Positions 19,040 through 30,595 are shown, counted from the first letter of the stretch. The stretch: DNA of 47,357 nucleotides from Halioglobus sp. (GCA_028823475.1 JAPKBI010000001.1:1-47357), one strand, 5' to 3'. Notes: generated by a model from the sequence alone, not told the origin. A program made the numbers and translations.

Positions 19040-19290
19040 AGGCAGGCATTCAGCGGCTTCACTGCCTTGGTCGTATAGTGCACTCGCATATACTCGTAAA
19101 GCACACTGAGACTCGGCCAGGGGAGGCGCGCCAACCCGGGCCGGATGCCTGGGTATTTCTTGCCTCACATCGATTCAAACGTCGCTAGTTCGCGCTCGGC
19201 TGCGTCCACACTCGGGGCCGTATAGATGCGGCGCAGTGCCACCGCGCGATGTCCCTTCTGCGGCACGTAGGGCAGCGAGTGGCGCCACTT
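19040..19290 (-). mobile_element. IS256-family transposase remnant
   Basis: RHSLPYVPQKGHRAVALRRIYTAPSVDAAERELATFESM*GKKYPGI...WPSLSVLYEY..HYTTKAVKPLN matches the IS256 pattern IYTAP..AE..L..F..KW..KYP...YTTNxxESLN; internal stop at 19165-19167 and a frameshift. Confidence 0.82.
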
Positions 19291-19540
19291 GGTCACGACC
19301 ATTCACTGCTGCGCCAGGTAATGAGGTAACGCTATGTTCCAGGGGCTAACACTATGACGCGACTGCAGGATTGCAGGGATTAACGGTGGGTTTGACGTGT
19401 CCGGCCAGCAAGGAATCTACTGAAGCCAACCTCGCCTAACTTTTTTCTAACGTTCAGCAATGGACGGATGTGAATTATAGGATCACTGACATTGCTGAGG
19501 TTTCAGGGTGATAGAACCGCTGTTAGCCATATTTTTAGGT

Positions 19541-19697
19541 CTGGTAAGCGGCACGATCAGCCCCTATTATTGAATTGTGAACACTTTGGCGGAACAAGTC
19601 CTGTGATAACTGAATCAGTATTTAATGAGTTGATAGAACACACCTTTGAGGCGTTGGAAGAGGCCCTAGATCAGATTGACACGGATATCGACTATCA
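19541..19697 (+). repeat. Right copy of imperfect direct repeat (cyaY upstream region and 5' end)
   Basis: Partner of 3045-3200. Confidence 0.93.
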
Positions 19698-19926
19698 GAT
19701 GTCCGGTAGTGTGCTCACCGTCGAGTTCGACAATGAAACAAAACTGGTGTTCAGTCGTCAGCCACCAACACGGCAGCTATGGCTAGCGGCGCGCTCTGGG
19801 GGTTTTCACTTTGCCTACGATGAAGCCGCGGGTGATTGGCGCGGAACCCGCGATGGGCAGTTGTTTCGGCCTTTTGTTGTTGATCAGATGCAGGTTCAGG
19901 GAGGCGTTACTTTTGAATGGCTTTGA
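19603..19926 (+). CDS. cyaY: Iron donor protein CyaY (frataxin homolog)
   Basis: DIDYQMSGSVLTVEF, SRQPPTRQLWLAARSGGFHF; GTG start at 19603 gives 107 aa. Confidence 0.95.
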   Translation: MITESVFNELIEHTFEALEEALDQIDTDIDYQMSGSVLTVEFDNETKLVFSRQPPTRQLWLAARSGGFHFAYDEAAGDWRGTRDGQLFRPFVVDQMQVQGGVTFEWL

Positions 19927-19930
19927 TGTT

Positions 19931-20929
19931 TTGGCCCAAACGGTGCGAGCACATCGAATACAGATAATCGCAGGATTGCTGGCCATCCTTGGGGTATTGC
20001 CGGTGTCGGCAAGCGAGCCCTTGTATGTTAAAAATTTGAGTCCGGTGGCAGGGTTAATTGGTCTTCCCTCCCAGCGAGACGCGCAGACTACCCCGAGTGG
20101 TCAGGTGGCGGTAGCACTTTACGGCAGTGTTGCTAATGATTATGTTAACGAGAGCAGCGACACTGAATTTCTCAATTTGGATGGGGAGACCCTGCGTGTC
20201 GCCCTTGAATTGCGTTATGGGCTGGCGGAAAACTGGGACTTACAGCTAGAGGTGCCTTGGTTGCAGCAAAGTGGCGGAGAGCTAGACGGCGCCATTGATG
20301 ATTGGCACGATTTTTGGGGAATGTCCGATGGCGGGCGATCTGATGTGCCCAGGGATATCCTGGATTATCAATACACGAGCCCAGCGGGTGGCTTTTCCCT
20401 ACAGGATGACACCTCTGGCATGGGCGATATTAGTCTGTCCTTAAACCACGTCTTTTATCAGGATGAGAGTTCTGCTGTCAGTTTGGCGTTGGGCTACAAG
20501 TTTGGCACTGGCGACGAAGACGACTTTTTAGGCAGTGGTGCCGATGATGCCTTTATTGCCCTGCGTTTTTCTGGCGCCCAAATGTCGAATTTGCCGCTGA
20601 CATGGCATGGGCAGGCAGGCTATTTGCGCGCAGGGGGTAGCAATCTGTTCGACGGTTTTCAACAGCAGAACCTCTGGTTTGCAGGGCTCGCAGTAGACTG
20701 GCAATTCGCACAGCGGTGGTCTCTCATCGCCCAGCTTGATGGCCACGCGGCGCCTCTCGATAGCAGTCTCACCGGCGTGGGTGATGATGCGGTAATGGCG
20801 ACTTTGGGCACGCGCTGGTATTTTGCGCCACATTGGTCGATGGATTTTAATTTTGTTGAGGATATTCGCGTTGCAACGGCGCCAGATGTGACGTTCCAGG
20901 CGAGCCTGCGCTACCGCCCAGAGTCCTGA
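19931..20929 (+). CDS. DUF3187-like putative outer-membrane beta-barrel protein (start approximate)
   Basis: Signal peptide, LDGET, GGELDGAIDDWHDFWG, GMGDISL, amphipathic strands, terminal FQASLRY. Confidence 0.75.
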   Translation: MAQTVRAHRIQIIAGLLAILGVLPVSASEPLYVKNLSPVAGLIGLPSQRDAQTTPSGQVAVALYGSVANDYVNESSDTEFLNLDGETLRVALELRYGLAENWDLQLEVPWLQQSGGELDGAIDDWHDFWGMSDGGRSDVPRDILDYQYTSPAGGFSLQDDTSGMGDISLSLNHVFYQDESSAVSLALGYKFGTGDEDDFLGSGADDAFIALRFSGAQMSNLPLTWHGQAGYLRAGGSNLFDGFQQQNLWFAGLAVDWQFAQRWSLIAQLDGHAAPLDSSLTGVGDDAVMATLGTRWYFAPHWSMDFNFVEDIRVATAPDVTFQASLRYRPES

Positions 20930-20969
20930 GCAGACCCCTGGCAAATAATTACCGGCCAAGCGTTATTAA

Positions 20970-22376
20970 CTAAGAAGCCTGCCGTGCCTGCACCGAAGTT
21001 CGGGCCCGCAGTGCTGCTTCTGCCACCTGGTTTGGCGCGGTGCCGCCCAGATGGTCCCTCGCGGTGACCGAGCCCTCCAGCGTGAGGACGTCGAACACAT
21101 CCTCGCGGATATCGGCGCAGAAGGTCTGCAGCGTCGTTAGCGTCATGTCCGATAAGTCTTTCTCGCACTCAATACCGTGAGCTACGGCTTTGCCGACCAC
21201 TTCATGTGCGTCGCGAAAGGGTAGCCCCAGACGCACTAGGTAGTCTGCTAAATCAGTGGCGGTAGAGAAACCGCGCCGCGCTGCTTCGTGCATCACCTCT
21301 GCCTTTGGCTTGATTGCCGGAACCATGTCGGCGTAGGCTCGTAGGGAGTCGAACACCGTATCAATAGTGTCGAACAGAGGCTCTTTGTCCTCCTGATTGT
21401 CTTTGTTATAAGCCAATGGCTGACTTTTCATCAGTGTTAGCAGGGCAATGAGGTGGCCATTAACGCGCCCCACTTTGCCGCGTACCAACTCCGGCACATC
21501 CGGATTCTTTTTCTGCGGCATGATGGAAGAGCCGGTACAGAAACGGTCGGGCAGTTCAATGAAATTAAACTGGGCGGAACTCCACAGCACTAGTTCTTCG
21601 GACATGCGTGACAGGTGGGTCATCAGCAGGGCAGCGAAAGCGCAAAATTCGATGGCAAAGTCGCGATCGGATACTGAGTCCAAGGAGTTTTCTGTCGGCT
21701 TATCAAAACCCAGGGCCGCTGCCGTGTGCGCGCGATCTATGGGATACGTGGTGCCAGCCAGGGCCGCCGCGCCTAGCGGCGACTGGTTAAGTCGCGCACG
21801 ACAGTCCATTAGGCGGCCATAGTCGCGCTCCAGCATCTCATTCCAGGCCAGCAGGTGGTGGCCGAAAACAACGGGCTGAGCAGTCTGTAAATGGGTGAAG
21901 CCCGGCATGATAGTGGTGGTATGGTCTGCTGCGAGGTCAATTGTGCCCTGTTGCAGGCGGGTGAGTTCACCGGCGATGCTATCAATAGCCGCGCGCAGAT
22001 AAAGACGGATATCAGTGGCAACCTGATCGTTACGGGATCGGCCGGTGTGCAGTTTTTTGCCGGCCACGCCAATCAGTGCGGTCAGGCGGGCTTCGATGTT
22101 CATGTGCACGTCTTCTAGCTCGATTGACCACTGGAAGTTGCCTTCGTCGATTTCCTTTTGTATCTGGGCCAGACCGCCCTCGATGTCCTCGAGTTCTGCT
22201 GGGGTCAGCACATCCACTGAGCGCAGCATTCGAGCGTGGGCCAGTGAGCCTTCAATATCCTGAGCGGCCATGCGCAGGTCGAATCCGACTGAGGCAGTGA
22301 AGCGTTGCACGAAAGCGTCTGTCGCTTCATTGAAGCGGCCGCCCCACAGTTTGCTGGTGTCCTTTTCTTTGCTCAT
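20970..22376 (-). CDS. argH: Argininosuccinate lyase
   Basis: [36 protein letters not shown]. Confidence 0.98.
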   Translation of the reverse strand: MSKEKDTSKLWGGRFNEATDAFVQRFTASVGFDLRMAAQDIEGSLAHARMLRSVDVLTPAELEDIEGGLAQIQKEIDEGNFQWSIELEDVHMNIEARLTALIGVAGKKLHTGRSRNDQVATDIRLYLRAAIDSIAGELTRLQQGTIDLAADHTTTIMPGFTHLQTAQPVVFGHHLLAWNEMLERDYGRLMDCRARLNQSPLGAAALAGTTYPIDRAHTAAALGFDKPTENSLDSVSDRDFAIEFCAFAALLMTHLSRMSEELVLWSSAQFNFIELPDRFCTGSSIMPQKKNPDVPELVRGKVGRVNGHLIALLTLMKSQPLAYNKDNQEDKEPLFDTIDTVFDSLRAYADMVPAIKPKAEVMHEAARRGFSTATDLADYLVRLGLPFRDAHEVVGKAVAHGIECEKDLSDMTLTTLQTFCADIREDVFDVLTLEGSVTARDHLGGTAPNQVAEAALRARTSVQARQAS

Positions 22377-22595
22377 AGTGCTCGAAATTCCGTAGTCGCT
22401 TCGTGCTCTAGACGTATTTTCGCCTGATTTAGTGGAAAGAGTATACCAGCTACGGGGTTATCTCGGTCGAGGTTTTGCCTATCCTCCTCGGGAGAAAAGG
22501 ATGGCTTCTCCTTTGGATATCTTCAAATTGCTGGGTGTCGCTGACTTGGTGCCTGACTGTTATCATGGGAAGTGTGAACTTATAGGATTTCGAGC

Positions 22596-23528
22596 ATGTC
22601 GCGCAAATTGATCATCGCTACTCGGGAAAGCCCTCTTGCCCTGTGGCAGGCGGAATTTGTCCGGTCTGCCCTGACTCAGGCATATCCCGATGTGGACGTG
22701 CAATTGCTGGGCATGACCTCGCGCGGAGACCAGTTGCTGGATGTGCCGTTAGCTAAGGTCGGCGGCAAGGGCCTGTTTGTAAAAGAGTTGGAAGAAGCAC
22801 TGTTGGACGGCCGTGCGGACATCGCGGTGCATTCCATGAAGGATGTTCCCATGGCGTTTCCGGCAGGATTGGGGCTGGGGGTTATCTGCGCCCGTGAAGA
22901 CCCTTCCGATGCCTTTGTTAGCAACCAATACCGCACCCTTGAAGCGTTGCCGGCTGGGAGCGTAGTGGGAACCTCTAGCTTACGGCGTGAGTGCCAGTTG
23001 CGGTCCAGGCGTCCCGACCTCGATATCAAGTTTCTGCGCGGTAACGTCAATACCCGACTGCGCAAGCTCGATGAGGCAGAGTATGACGCCATTATTTTGG
23101 CCAGCGCCGGGCTCATACGTCTCGGCTTTGCTGAGCGGATTGCTCAGCACATGGATATTTGCGACTCTCTGCCGGCCGGTGGCCAGGGCGCTGTGGGGAT
23201 AGAACTGCGCAGCGATGATAGTGCCGTGCTGTCGCTGCTGCAGGTTGTGCATCATGAGCCTACCGCCAGGCGTGTGACGGCCGAACGAGCGATGAATAAA
23301 CGACTTGAAGGCGGGTGTCAGGTGCCCATAGGCTGCTATGCGGACTATGTCGATGGCGGTGAGACATTGTTGTTGCGAGGGCTCGTTGGTAACCCTGACG
23401 GCTCGCAAATATTACGCGCAGAAGCTACTGCGCCTGCGGTCGAGGCGGAGCAGCTTGGTATTTCTGTCGCGGAAGACTTATTGTCGCAAGGCGCTGCGGC
23501 TATTTTGGCAGCTGTCTATGGTGACTGA
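22596..23528 (+). CDS. hemC: Hydroxymethylbilane synthase
   Basis: [38 protein letters not shown]. Confidence 0.98.
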   Translation: MSRKLIIATRESPLALWQAEFVRSALTQAYPDVDVQLLGMTSRGDQLLDVPLAKVGGKGLFVKELEEALLDGRADIAVHSMKDVPMAFPAGLGLGVICAREDPSDAFVSNQYRTLEALPAGSVVGTSSLRRECQLRSRRPDLDIKFLRGNVNTRLRKLDEAEYDAIILASAGLIRLGFAERIAQHMDICDSLPAGGQGAVGIELRSDDSAVLSLLQVVHHEPTARRVTAERAMNKRLEGGCQVPIGCYADYVDGGETLLLRGLVGNPDGSQILRAEATAPAVEAEQLGISVAEDLLSQGAAAILAAVYGD

Positions 23529-24309
23529 GAGCGACTTCGCAGTGCGCCGGATACTGGTGACGCGCCCGGCGGGCGATGCGTCAGATAGGTTGTGCGCGGC
23601 ACTTAAAATGGATGGCTACGAGGTCTTCAGCCAACCTCTGCTGGTCTTGAAGAGGTTGCCGCAGCTTCCTGTCGCGCAGTGCCAGATGTTGCTGAATCTG
23701 GACCTCTATCAGCACGTCATTTTTATCAGCTCCAATGCTGTGCATTTTGGCATGGCCCTGATTGAAGATCATTGGCCCCAGCTGCCAGTAGCTCTGAACT
23801 GGTATGCCATTGGTGCCGCGACGGCCGCTAGACTTGAGCATTTCGGGATTGAGGCTGTCACGCCCGGAAGTGTGATGACCAGCGAGGGCTTGCTGGCCCT
23901 TTCATTGTTGCAGAATGTGCGCGATCAGCGCGTGCTCATTGTAAAGGGGCAGGGTGGTCGTGAAACTTTGGCACAGGAGCTGACACGGCGCGGTGCTTTA
24001 GTAGAAGAACTGCCCTGTTACTGCCGCTCCCTGCCGGAGATGCCTGCAGGCGAGCTGGCTGCGAATGTGACCCAGTGGGGTATTGACGTGATCATGATCA
24101 CCAGTGGTGAGGGGTTGTCGAACCTACAGGTATTGCTTAGCCCAGCAGAAACTACTAAGTTAAAGCGCATAGGCTTGATTGTGCCATCGCAACGGGTTGC
24201 CCATATGGCACAGATTGCGGGTTTCGATCAGATTGTGACGGCTGAAAACGCATCGGATTTGGCGATGTTGCGCGCTCTGAAGGAATGGCGACGTGGCACT
24301 GGAGAATGA
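23518..24309 (+). CDS. hemD: Uroporphyrinogen-III synthase
   Basis: [34 protein letters not shown]; ATG 23518 overlaps the end of hemC. Confidence 0.95.
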   Translation: MVTESDFAVRRILVTRPAGDASDRLCAALKMDGYEVFSQPLLVLKRLPQLPVAQCQMLLNLDLYQHVIFISSNAVHFGMALIEDHWPQLPVALNWYAIGAATAARLEHFGIEAVTPGSVMTSEGLLALSLLQNVRDQRVLIVKGQGGRETLAQELTRRGALVEELPCYCRSLPEMPAGELAANVTQWGIDVIMITSGEGLSNLQVLLSPAETTKLKRIGLIVPSQRVAHMAQIAGFDQIVTAENASDLAMLRALKEWRRGTGE

Positions 24310-24312
24310 TAA

Positions 24313-25467
24313 TTGAGTGATCAGGGCAATACCAATAATGAGCAATCTGACGAGACATCCGCGACCGTGGTAGCCCCAGTAGAAAGGCCTGCCAGTCAAG
24401 GCGCAGCCATTGCTGTCAAGTCATCTGCCGCGCCTCGCAAGAGTTCCTCATTGGTTGCCTGGTTGGCATTACTTCTGGTTATCGCGCTGACGCTGGGCGT
24501 GGCTTGGGTCGTGCGGGAAGGCCAGGCTAAGGAGCTAGCACTGACGCAAAGGATGGCACAGCTCGAAACGGTTGCCCAAGGTAAGCAGGCCAGCCAGAAA
24601 GCGCTGGAAAATGAATTGCGGACCGGTTTGGCCTCAGGGCTCGCCACCCTTGAAACTAAAGAAGGCGGCGAATTGTCCCGACTTTCTAAAAGTCTTGAAT
24701 CCCTAAAGGCGCAATTGGCAAAGCAGCAGGCGACACTGGCGCGCTTCAGCGGCGCCGAGCGCGAAAATTGGCTGCTTGCTGAAACAGGGCATTTGCTGCG
24801 CTTAGCTAACCAGCGACTGGTGATGGGCGCAGACCCTGTTGCTGCCGAGGCGCTGCTGAAGAGTGCCGATACTGTTTTGCGTGGCGTTGATGACCCTAGC
24901 CTTCACGTTGTGCGCGCTGCTATTGCTAAAGAGATTGCCGCATTGCGGGCCCTTCCTAAGGTGGACATTGAAGGGGTCTATCTGAGTCTAGCCGCATTGA
25001 TGGAGCAGGCCGACAAGCTGGTCATCTTCCAGCTGCCCAAACAGGCAGAACGCCCGCAGCCAGCGCCGGCAAGTGATTGGCAAGGCCGGCTACACCAAGG
25101 CTATAAAGCGGCTCTGAGCACGCTTTCTGACTATGTCATTATCCGTCGGCGGGATGTTCCCATGCAGGCCCTGATGGACCCACAATGGGAGGGACTGGTG
25201 CGGCAGAATCTGCGCATGTTGTTAGAGCAGGCGCAGATCGCGCTGCTGTCAGACAATCAGGCGGTCTACGTCGCGAGTCTCAAGTCAGCCCAGCAAGGTG
25301 TGGCGCAGTTCCAGACATCAGATGAGGTCGGTGCCAAAGCGATCTCTGGCGAGATTACTCGGCTGCAGGGGCTCACTATCGGTATCGCGCAGCCCGATAT
25401 CTCACGATCACTGCAGGCTCTGGATGATGCTATTGAGAAGCGCTTGCAATCCGAAGGCGGCCAATAG
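24313..25467 (+). CDS. hemX: HemX family membrane protein
   Basis: Single TM, coiled coil, WLLAETGHLLRLANQRL, RQNLRMLLEQAQIALL; follows hemCD. Confidence 0.92.
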   Translation: MSDQGNTNNEQSDETSATVVAPVERPASQGAAIAVKSSAAPRKSSSLVAWLALLLVIALTLGVAWVVREGQAKELALTQRMAQLETVAQGKQASQKALENELRTGLASGLATLETKEGGELSRLSKSLESLKAQLAKQQATLARFSGAERENWLLAETGHLLRLANQRLVMGADPVAAEALLKSADTVLRGVDDPSLHVVRAAIAKEIAALRALPKVDIEGVYLSLAALMEQADKLVIFQLPKQAERPQPAPASDWQGRLHQGYKAALSTLSDYVIIRRRDVPMQALMDPQWEGLVRQNLRMLLEQAQIALLSDNQAVYVASLKSAQQGVAQFQTSDEVGAKAISGEITRLQGLTIGIAQPDISRSLQALDDAIEKRLQSEGGQ

Positions 25468-25470
25468 GTC

Positions 25471-26694
25471 ATGCGTAAATTATTCATTATTTCTCTGGTC
25501 TCACTGCTGCTGGGTGTAGGTGTCGTTGCTCTTATTGAGGCCGACCCTGGCTATGTACTGCTGTCCTTTGGCAACTACACCTTGGAGGCAAGCCTATGGG
25601 TGGGCTTGTTGTTATTTGCGCTTCTGCTTCTGGCGGTTTACCTGCTGGTTCGTTTGACGTATCGGATTATTGGCGGACAGCGGTCGCTGTTCTCCTGGCT
25701 GGGAGCCCGCAAGGTAGATAAGGCCCTGCGACTCAGTACCCGCGGATTGATCAGTTTTACCGAGGGTAACTGGGTCGAAGCGCGGCGTCAGTTATTAAGT
25801 GGCGTGCAAAACAACGAGGCACCGTTGGTCAATTATCTACTGGCGGCTCAGTCCAGCGCAAAATTACACGATACCGACAAAGTGCCTGAGTATTTGCATG
25901 CGGCCGGTGAAGCGGAGCCTACAGCCGCTGTGGCGATTGAAATGATGCATGCTGAAATGAAATTGCAGGCCTCAGAATATAAGCAGGCCCTTGCATTGCT
26001 GACACAGGCAAAAAGCAATGTTCCCGGTCACCCGTATGTGCTTAGCTTGTTAAGCCAAGCGTACCAAGGGTTGAATGACTGGGACACGCTGCTGGAGTTG
26101 TTGCCACAGCTGCGAAAGCACAAACAGCTGTCGAGTGAGGCGTTTCAGCGACTCGAGAAACAGGTTCATCACAACAGATTGCAGCGGTGTAATGCAGATT
26201 TGGATCGGCTGCACGCAATTTGGAAAAAAGTGCCAAAGCCCTTGCAGAGCGATGTCGGCATTGCCGAGATTTATGTGCGTAATCTCATCAAGTGTGAAGA
26301 TTATGACGCGGCCGAGAGGGTCATCCTGCGTGCCCTGAAGCAGGCCTGGCAACCCGCTTTGGTTCGGGAGTATGGTTATTTAAAGGGCCAGAATGCCAGT
26401 CGTCAATTGTCCCAGGCTGAAAAGTGGTTGAAAGCTCACCCAGACGATCCCCAGTTATTACTGTGTTTGGGTCGTTTATCGGCGCGCAATCAAGTGTGGA
26501 GCAAGTCACGGCTATATTTCGAGAGCAGTTACCGGGTTGAACACAGTGCGGAGATTTGCGCTGAGTTGGGTCGTCTGTTGACAAGTTTTGGTGAAAGCGA
26601 GGCAGCCAATGTGTATTTTCGCGAGGGTTTGTTGCTGAGCGAAGATGAGCTGCCTGACCTGGCGCTGCCGCTTAAAATCGCCACTGACGCCTAA
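25471..26694 (+). CDS. hemY: HemY family TPR membrane protein
   Basis: DPGYVLLSFGNYTLEASLW, EGNW, LLLCLGRL; follows hemX. Confidence 0.93.
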   Translation: MRKLFIISLVSLLLGVGVVALIEADPGYVLLSFGNYTLEASLWVGLLLFALLLLAVYLLVRLTYRIIGGQRSLFSWLGARKVDKALRLSTRGLISFTEGNWVEARRQLLSGVQNNEAPLVNYLLAAQSSAKLHDTDKVPEYLHAAGEAEPTAAVAIEMMHAEMKLQASEYKQALALLTQAKSNVPGHPYVLSLLSQAYQGLNDWDTLLELLPQLRKHKQLSSEAFQRLEKQVHHNRLQRCNADLDRLHAIWKKVPKPLQSDVGIAEIYVRNLIKCEDYDAAERVILRALKQAWQPALVREYGYLKGQNASRQLSQAEKWLKAHPDDPQLLLCLGRLSARNQVWSKSRLYFESSYRVEHSAEICAELGRLLTSFGESEAANVYFREGLLLSEDELPDLALPLKIATDA

Positions 26695-26758
26695 ATCCTG
26701 GCGCGGTAGCAAATATTATTGAGTTTTATTGTGTTGACGACACGCAGCCGATAGCAGG

Positions 26759-28243
26759 CTAGAGTTTGATGCCAAGCTCGTCCCACAATTCATCGATCCG
26801 CTGTTTCACCGGCTCGCTCATGGCAATGGGGTGGCCCCACTCACGCTGGGTTTCCCCTGGCCATTTGTTAGTAGCATCAAAGCCAACCTTGGAGCCGAGT
26901 CCAGATACCGGTGAGGCAAAGTCCAGGTAGTCAATGGGCGTATTCTCGATGAAGACTGAATCTCGCTGCGGGTCCATGCGTGTGGTCATTGCCCAGATGA
27001 CATCTTTCCAATCTCTGGCATTCACATCCTCGTCTGTGACAATGACGAACTTGGTATACATAAACTGTCGCAGGAAAGACCAGACGCCCAACATGATGCG
27101 TTTGGCATGTCCCGGGTATTCCTTGCGTATGGTAACCACCGCTAGGCGGTAGGAACAGCCTTCTGGCGGCAGGTAAAAGTCGACAATCTCTGGAAATTGC
27201 TTTTGCAGTATCGGAATGAATACTTCATTGAGCGCCATGCCCAGTATTGCGGGTTCGTCAGGTGGGCGTCCGGTGTGGGTGCTGTGGTAAATCGGTGATT
27301 CTCGGTGCGTGATGGCCTCAACGGTAAACACAGGGAAGCGCTCGACCTCATTGTAATAACCCGTATGGTCGCCAAACGGACCTTCGTCAGCCATTTCGTC
27401 CGGCGCGATATACCCTTCCAGAATGTATTCTGCCGAGGCTGGCAATTGTAGGCCATGTTCGCGGCACAGCGGTGTGAAACATTCAGCCACCTCGGTCTTA
27501 CTGCCACGCAGCAGACCGGCAAAGGCGTACTCTGAGAGAGTGTCAGGAATGGGGGTGACTGCCGCTAGGGTTGTGGCCGGGTCAGCGCCCAGTGCAACAG
27601 CCACCGGGTAGCGTTGTCCAGGGTGCTTTTTCTGCCACTCTCTGAAATCCAGCGCGCCGCCACGATGTGACAGCCAGCGCATGATCAGTTTGTTGCGCGC
27701 CAGAAGTTGCAGACGATAAATCCCCAGGTTCTGGCGTTCCTTGCTCGGTCCACGGGTGATCACCAGTGGCCAGGTAATTAGCGGTGCTGCATCGCCCGGC
27801 CAGCAGGTCTGAATAGGCAGCGTGTAAAGATCGACATCTGCGCCCTGCTTTACGTGGTATTGGCAAAGTGGATTTCGCACCACCTTGGGCGCCATGTGCA
27901 AAACCCGTTTTAGTAGGGGCGCTTTGTCCCACAGGTCACGCATGCCCTTGGGCGGATCCGGCTGGCGCAGATAAGCGAGCAGCTCTCCAATTTCGCGGAG
28001 GGCGGTAAGGTCTTGTGCGCCCATGCCCAGGGCAACACGTTGCTCAGTACCAAACAAATTAGCGAGTACCGGCGTGTTAAAGCCTTTCGGATTTTCGAAC
28101 AAGAGAGCAGGACCGCCGGCGCGCAGGGTGCGGTCGGCGATTTCTGTTATTTCGAGTTTGGGGTCGACCTCAGTTTGAATGCGCACCAGTTCGCCGCGCT
28201 TTTCTAGCGCAGCAATAAAATCTCTGAGATCAGTGTATTTCAC
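26759..28243 (-). CDS. ubiD: 4-hydroxy-3-polyprenylbenzoate decarboxylase
   Basis: [35 protein letters not shown]. Confidence 0.97.
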   Translation of the reverse strand: MKYTDLRDFIAALEKRGELVRIQTEVDPKLEITEIADRTLRAGGPALLFENPKGFNTPVLANLFGTEQRVALGMGAQDLTALREIGELLAYLRQPDPPKGMRDLWDKAPLLKRVLHMAPKVVRNPLCQYHVKQGADVDLYTLPIQTCWPGDAAPLITWPLVITRGPSKERQNLGIYRLQLLARNKLIMRWLSHRGGALDFREWQKKHPGQRYPVAVALGADPATTLAAVTPIPDTLSEYAFAGLLRGSKTEVAECFTPLCREHGLQLPASAEYILEGYIAPDEMADEGPFGDHTGYYNEVERFPVFTVEAITHRESPIYHSTHTGRPPDEPAILGMALNEVFIPILQKQFPEIVDFYLPPEGCSYRLAVVTIRKEYPGHAKRIMLGVWSFLRQFMYTKFVIVTDEDVNARDWKDVIWAMTTRMDPQRDSVFIENTPIDYLDFASPVSGLGSKVGFDATNKWPGETQREWGHPIAMSEPVKQRIDELWDELGIKL

Positions 28244-28391
28244 TAGGCTGTGTCTATTGGTTAACGTTTAACGCAGGACATTACACGTTGTAACATCGAG
28301 AGGCAACGCGTCTAGGCCGCTTGTTGCCACGGTTATTTTGATGTCCCAGCACAAGCTTCGCTGTCACGCATTATTCGATCGGAACCGGAGA

Positions 28392-29660
28392 TTACTTGCG
28401 CTTCATAGACTTAAAGAATTCTTCGTTCGTCTTAGTTTCTTTAAGCTTGTCAGTCAAGAACTCAATAGCGGCGGTGTCTTCCATACCGTGCAGCAGTTTG
28501 CGCAGAATCCACATGCGCTGCAATTCATCATCTGCGGTAAGCAACTCTTCCCGACGCGTGCCGGAACGACGAATATTGATGGCTGGGTAGACGCGCTTCT
28601 CAGAGATCTTGCGATCTAGGTGCAGTTCTAGGTTGCCAGTGCCTTTAAATTCCTCATAGATCACTTCATCCATCTTGGAGCCGGTGTCGACCAAGGCCGT
28701 CGCAATAATTGAAAGGCTGCCGCCTTCCTCGATATTACGCGCTGCGCCAAAGAAACGCTTTGGGCGCTCCAGAGCATGGGCGTCAACACCGCCGGTCAAC
28801 ACTTTTCCGGAACTGGGAATGACTGTGTTGTAGGCGCGAGCTAAGCGAGTAATGGAATCCAGTAAAATCACTACGTCCTTTTTATGCTCTACCAGACGTT
28901 TGGCTTTCTCGATCACCATGTCGGCAACCTGCACATGACGCGACGGCGGCTCGTCAAAGGTAGAGGCCACCACTTCGGCGCCGCGAATACCTACTGAGCG
29001 TTGCATTTCAGTCACTTCTTCCGGACGTTCATCGATTAACAGCACAATGATGTAACATTCGGGATTGTTGGTGATTATCGCTTGGGCGATACTTTGCATC
29101 ATGATGGTCTTGCCCGCTTTGGGCGGTGCAACCAGTAATCCTCGCTGACCTTTGCCGATCGGTGCAACGAGGTCAATTATTCGGCCTGTTAGATCCTCTG
29201 TGCTACCGTTACCTGTTTCCAGGGTCAGGCGCTGGTCTGGGAACAGCGGTGTGAGGTTTTCAAACAGGGCCTTGTGTTTGGAATTTTCAGGCTTGTCGAG
29301 GTTGACCTCGTCTACCTTTAGCAGGGCAAAATAGCGCTCGCTGTCTTTAGGTGGGCGAATTTTGCCGGAGATGGTGTCACCCGTGCGCAGATTAAACCGG
29401 CGAATTTGGCTGGGTGAAACGTATATGTCGTCGGGGCCGGCCAAGTAGGAGCTGTCGGCGGAACGTAGGAAGCCAAAGCCGTCCTGTAAAATTTCCAGTA
29501 CGCCATCACCGTAAATGTCTTCACCGCTTTTGGCGTGACGTTTCAATACGGCAAAAATAATATCCTGTTTGCGCGAGCGGGCCATGTTGTCCAGGCCCAT
29601 CTCTTTTGCGATATCAATAATGTTTTGGGTAGATTTTGCTTTTAAGTCAGTCAGATTCAT
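28392..29660 (-). CDS. rho: Transcription termination factor Rho
   Basis: [33 protein letters not shown]. Confidence 0.99.
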   Translation of the reverse strand: MNLTDLKAKSTQNIIDIAKEMGLDNMARSRKQDIIFAVLKRHAKSGEDIYGDGVLEILQDGFGFLRSADSSYLAGPDDIYVSPSQIRRFNLRTGDTISGKIRPPKDSERYFALLKVDEVNLDKPENSKHKALFENLTPLFPDQRLTLETGNGSTEDLTGRIIDLVAPIGKGQRGLLVAPPKAGKTIMMQSIAQAIITNNPECYIIVLLIDERPEEVTEMQRSVGIRGAEVVASTFDEPPSRHVQVADMVIEKAKRLVEHKKDVVILLDSITRLARAYNTVIPSSGKVLTGGVDAHALERPKRFFGAARNIEEGGSLSIIATALVDTGSKMDEVIYEEFKGTGNLELHLDRKISEKRVYPAINIRRSGTRREELLTADDELQRMWILRKLLHGMEDTAAIEFLTDKLKETKTNEEFFKSMKRK

Positions 29661-29893
29661 AAGGAGGGTAAGTATGTGTGTGATTAGAGAGAAGTATGGG
29701 GTGCAAATGAAAGCTTGTTGGAGATACCAACAAAAAGCTGCTTTTCATGAGTTACAAATTTATTGTATGGGCACAGGGATATGCACCGGACTGAAATGTA
29801 GCACGGCCCGATAGGGCCGTCTACTGCTTTTTTCTCTCAATAAGCCACATGATTACGCATGTTGGGCGCTTCTGTGGCCCTGGCTTGTGTTTT

Positions 29894-30220
29894 TTAGATC
29901 ACTTCTTCGATGAAATCTTTCAATTGCGTCTTAGACAATGCGCCAACCTTGGTGGCTTCTGCGTTGCCATTCTTGAACATGATTAACGTTGGGATGCCGC
30001 GAATGCCGAACTTCTGAGGAATCTCCGGATTGGCGTCTACGTCGACTTTGCATATCTTTAATTTGCCGCCGTAATCCACGGCAAGCTCATCAAGCACCGG
30101 TGCGATCATTTTGCAGGGGCCGCACCATTCTGCCCAGAAATCTACTAATACGGGGACGTCGGAATTTAATACTTCCGCATCAAAAGTGGCATCGCTGATG
30201 TGTACGATCTGATCGCTCAT
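29894..30220 (-). CDS. trxA: Thioredoxin 1
   Basis: [18 protein letters not shown]; ATG 30220 behind GGAG; upstream of rho. Confidence 0.98.
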   Translation of the reverse strand: MSDQIVHISDATFDAEVLNSDVPVLVDFWAEWCGPCKMIAPVLDELAVDYGGKLKICKVDVDANPEIPQKFGIRGIPTLIMFKNGNAEATKVGALSKTQLKDFIEEVI

Positions 30221-30595
30221 GCTGTTCTCCGGTTGGTTCAAGATCTTGATAATGACAGGGTTTTGGAAGGAGGTAATGATACCACTGGATTGTTAGCGCA
30301 CAACTGTCGGACTAGAGTTTTTTGGCAGGGCCATATTCCCCAGCGCTATTCGCCGAATGCGGCTCGATCCGCCTGCGTTTGTGCGTTATAGCGTCTAGGC
30401 ACGCTAAGAAGTGCATTCAGGCGAGGCCGAGTCTAGTTAACGAGTGCTTTAAAGCGGCCCTGAGGCGATTTTCGTTCTGCGGTTCTTTCGAAACTAAAAT
30501 AATAGTGAACCTTGCCGTGATAGGCTGGCGTCATTTGGGTGTCTGATCTTCTAAGATTTAGGCATACTCGAGCTAATTAACGTCAGGTTATCATT

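Larger units (their letters stand above)
3201..19540. mobile_element. Accessory genomic island between lptM and cyaY
   Basis: Flanking cyaY repeat, interrupts a normally adjacent gene pair, visibly AT-richer genes, pseudogenes and IS remnants; no integrase visible. Confidence 0.8.

Noticed and set aside
19492-19930. Long N-terminal extensions of cyaY and the DUF3187-like gene in the ORF track
   Set aside because: Artefacts of choosing the furthest upstream start; homology and signal peptide position favour ~19603 and ~19931.
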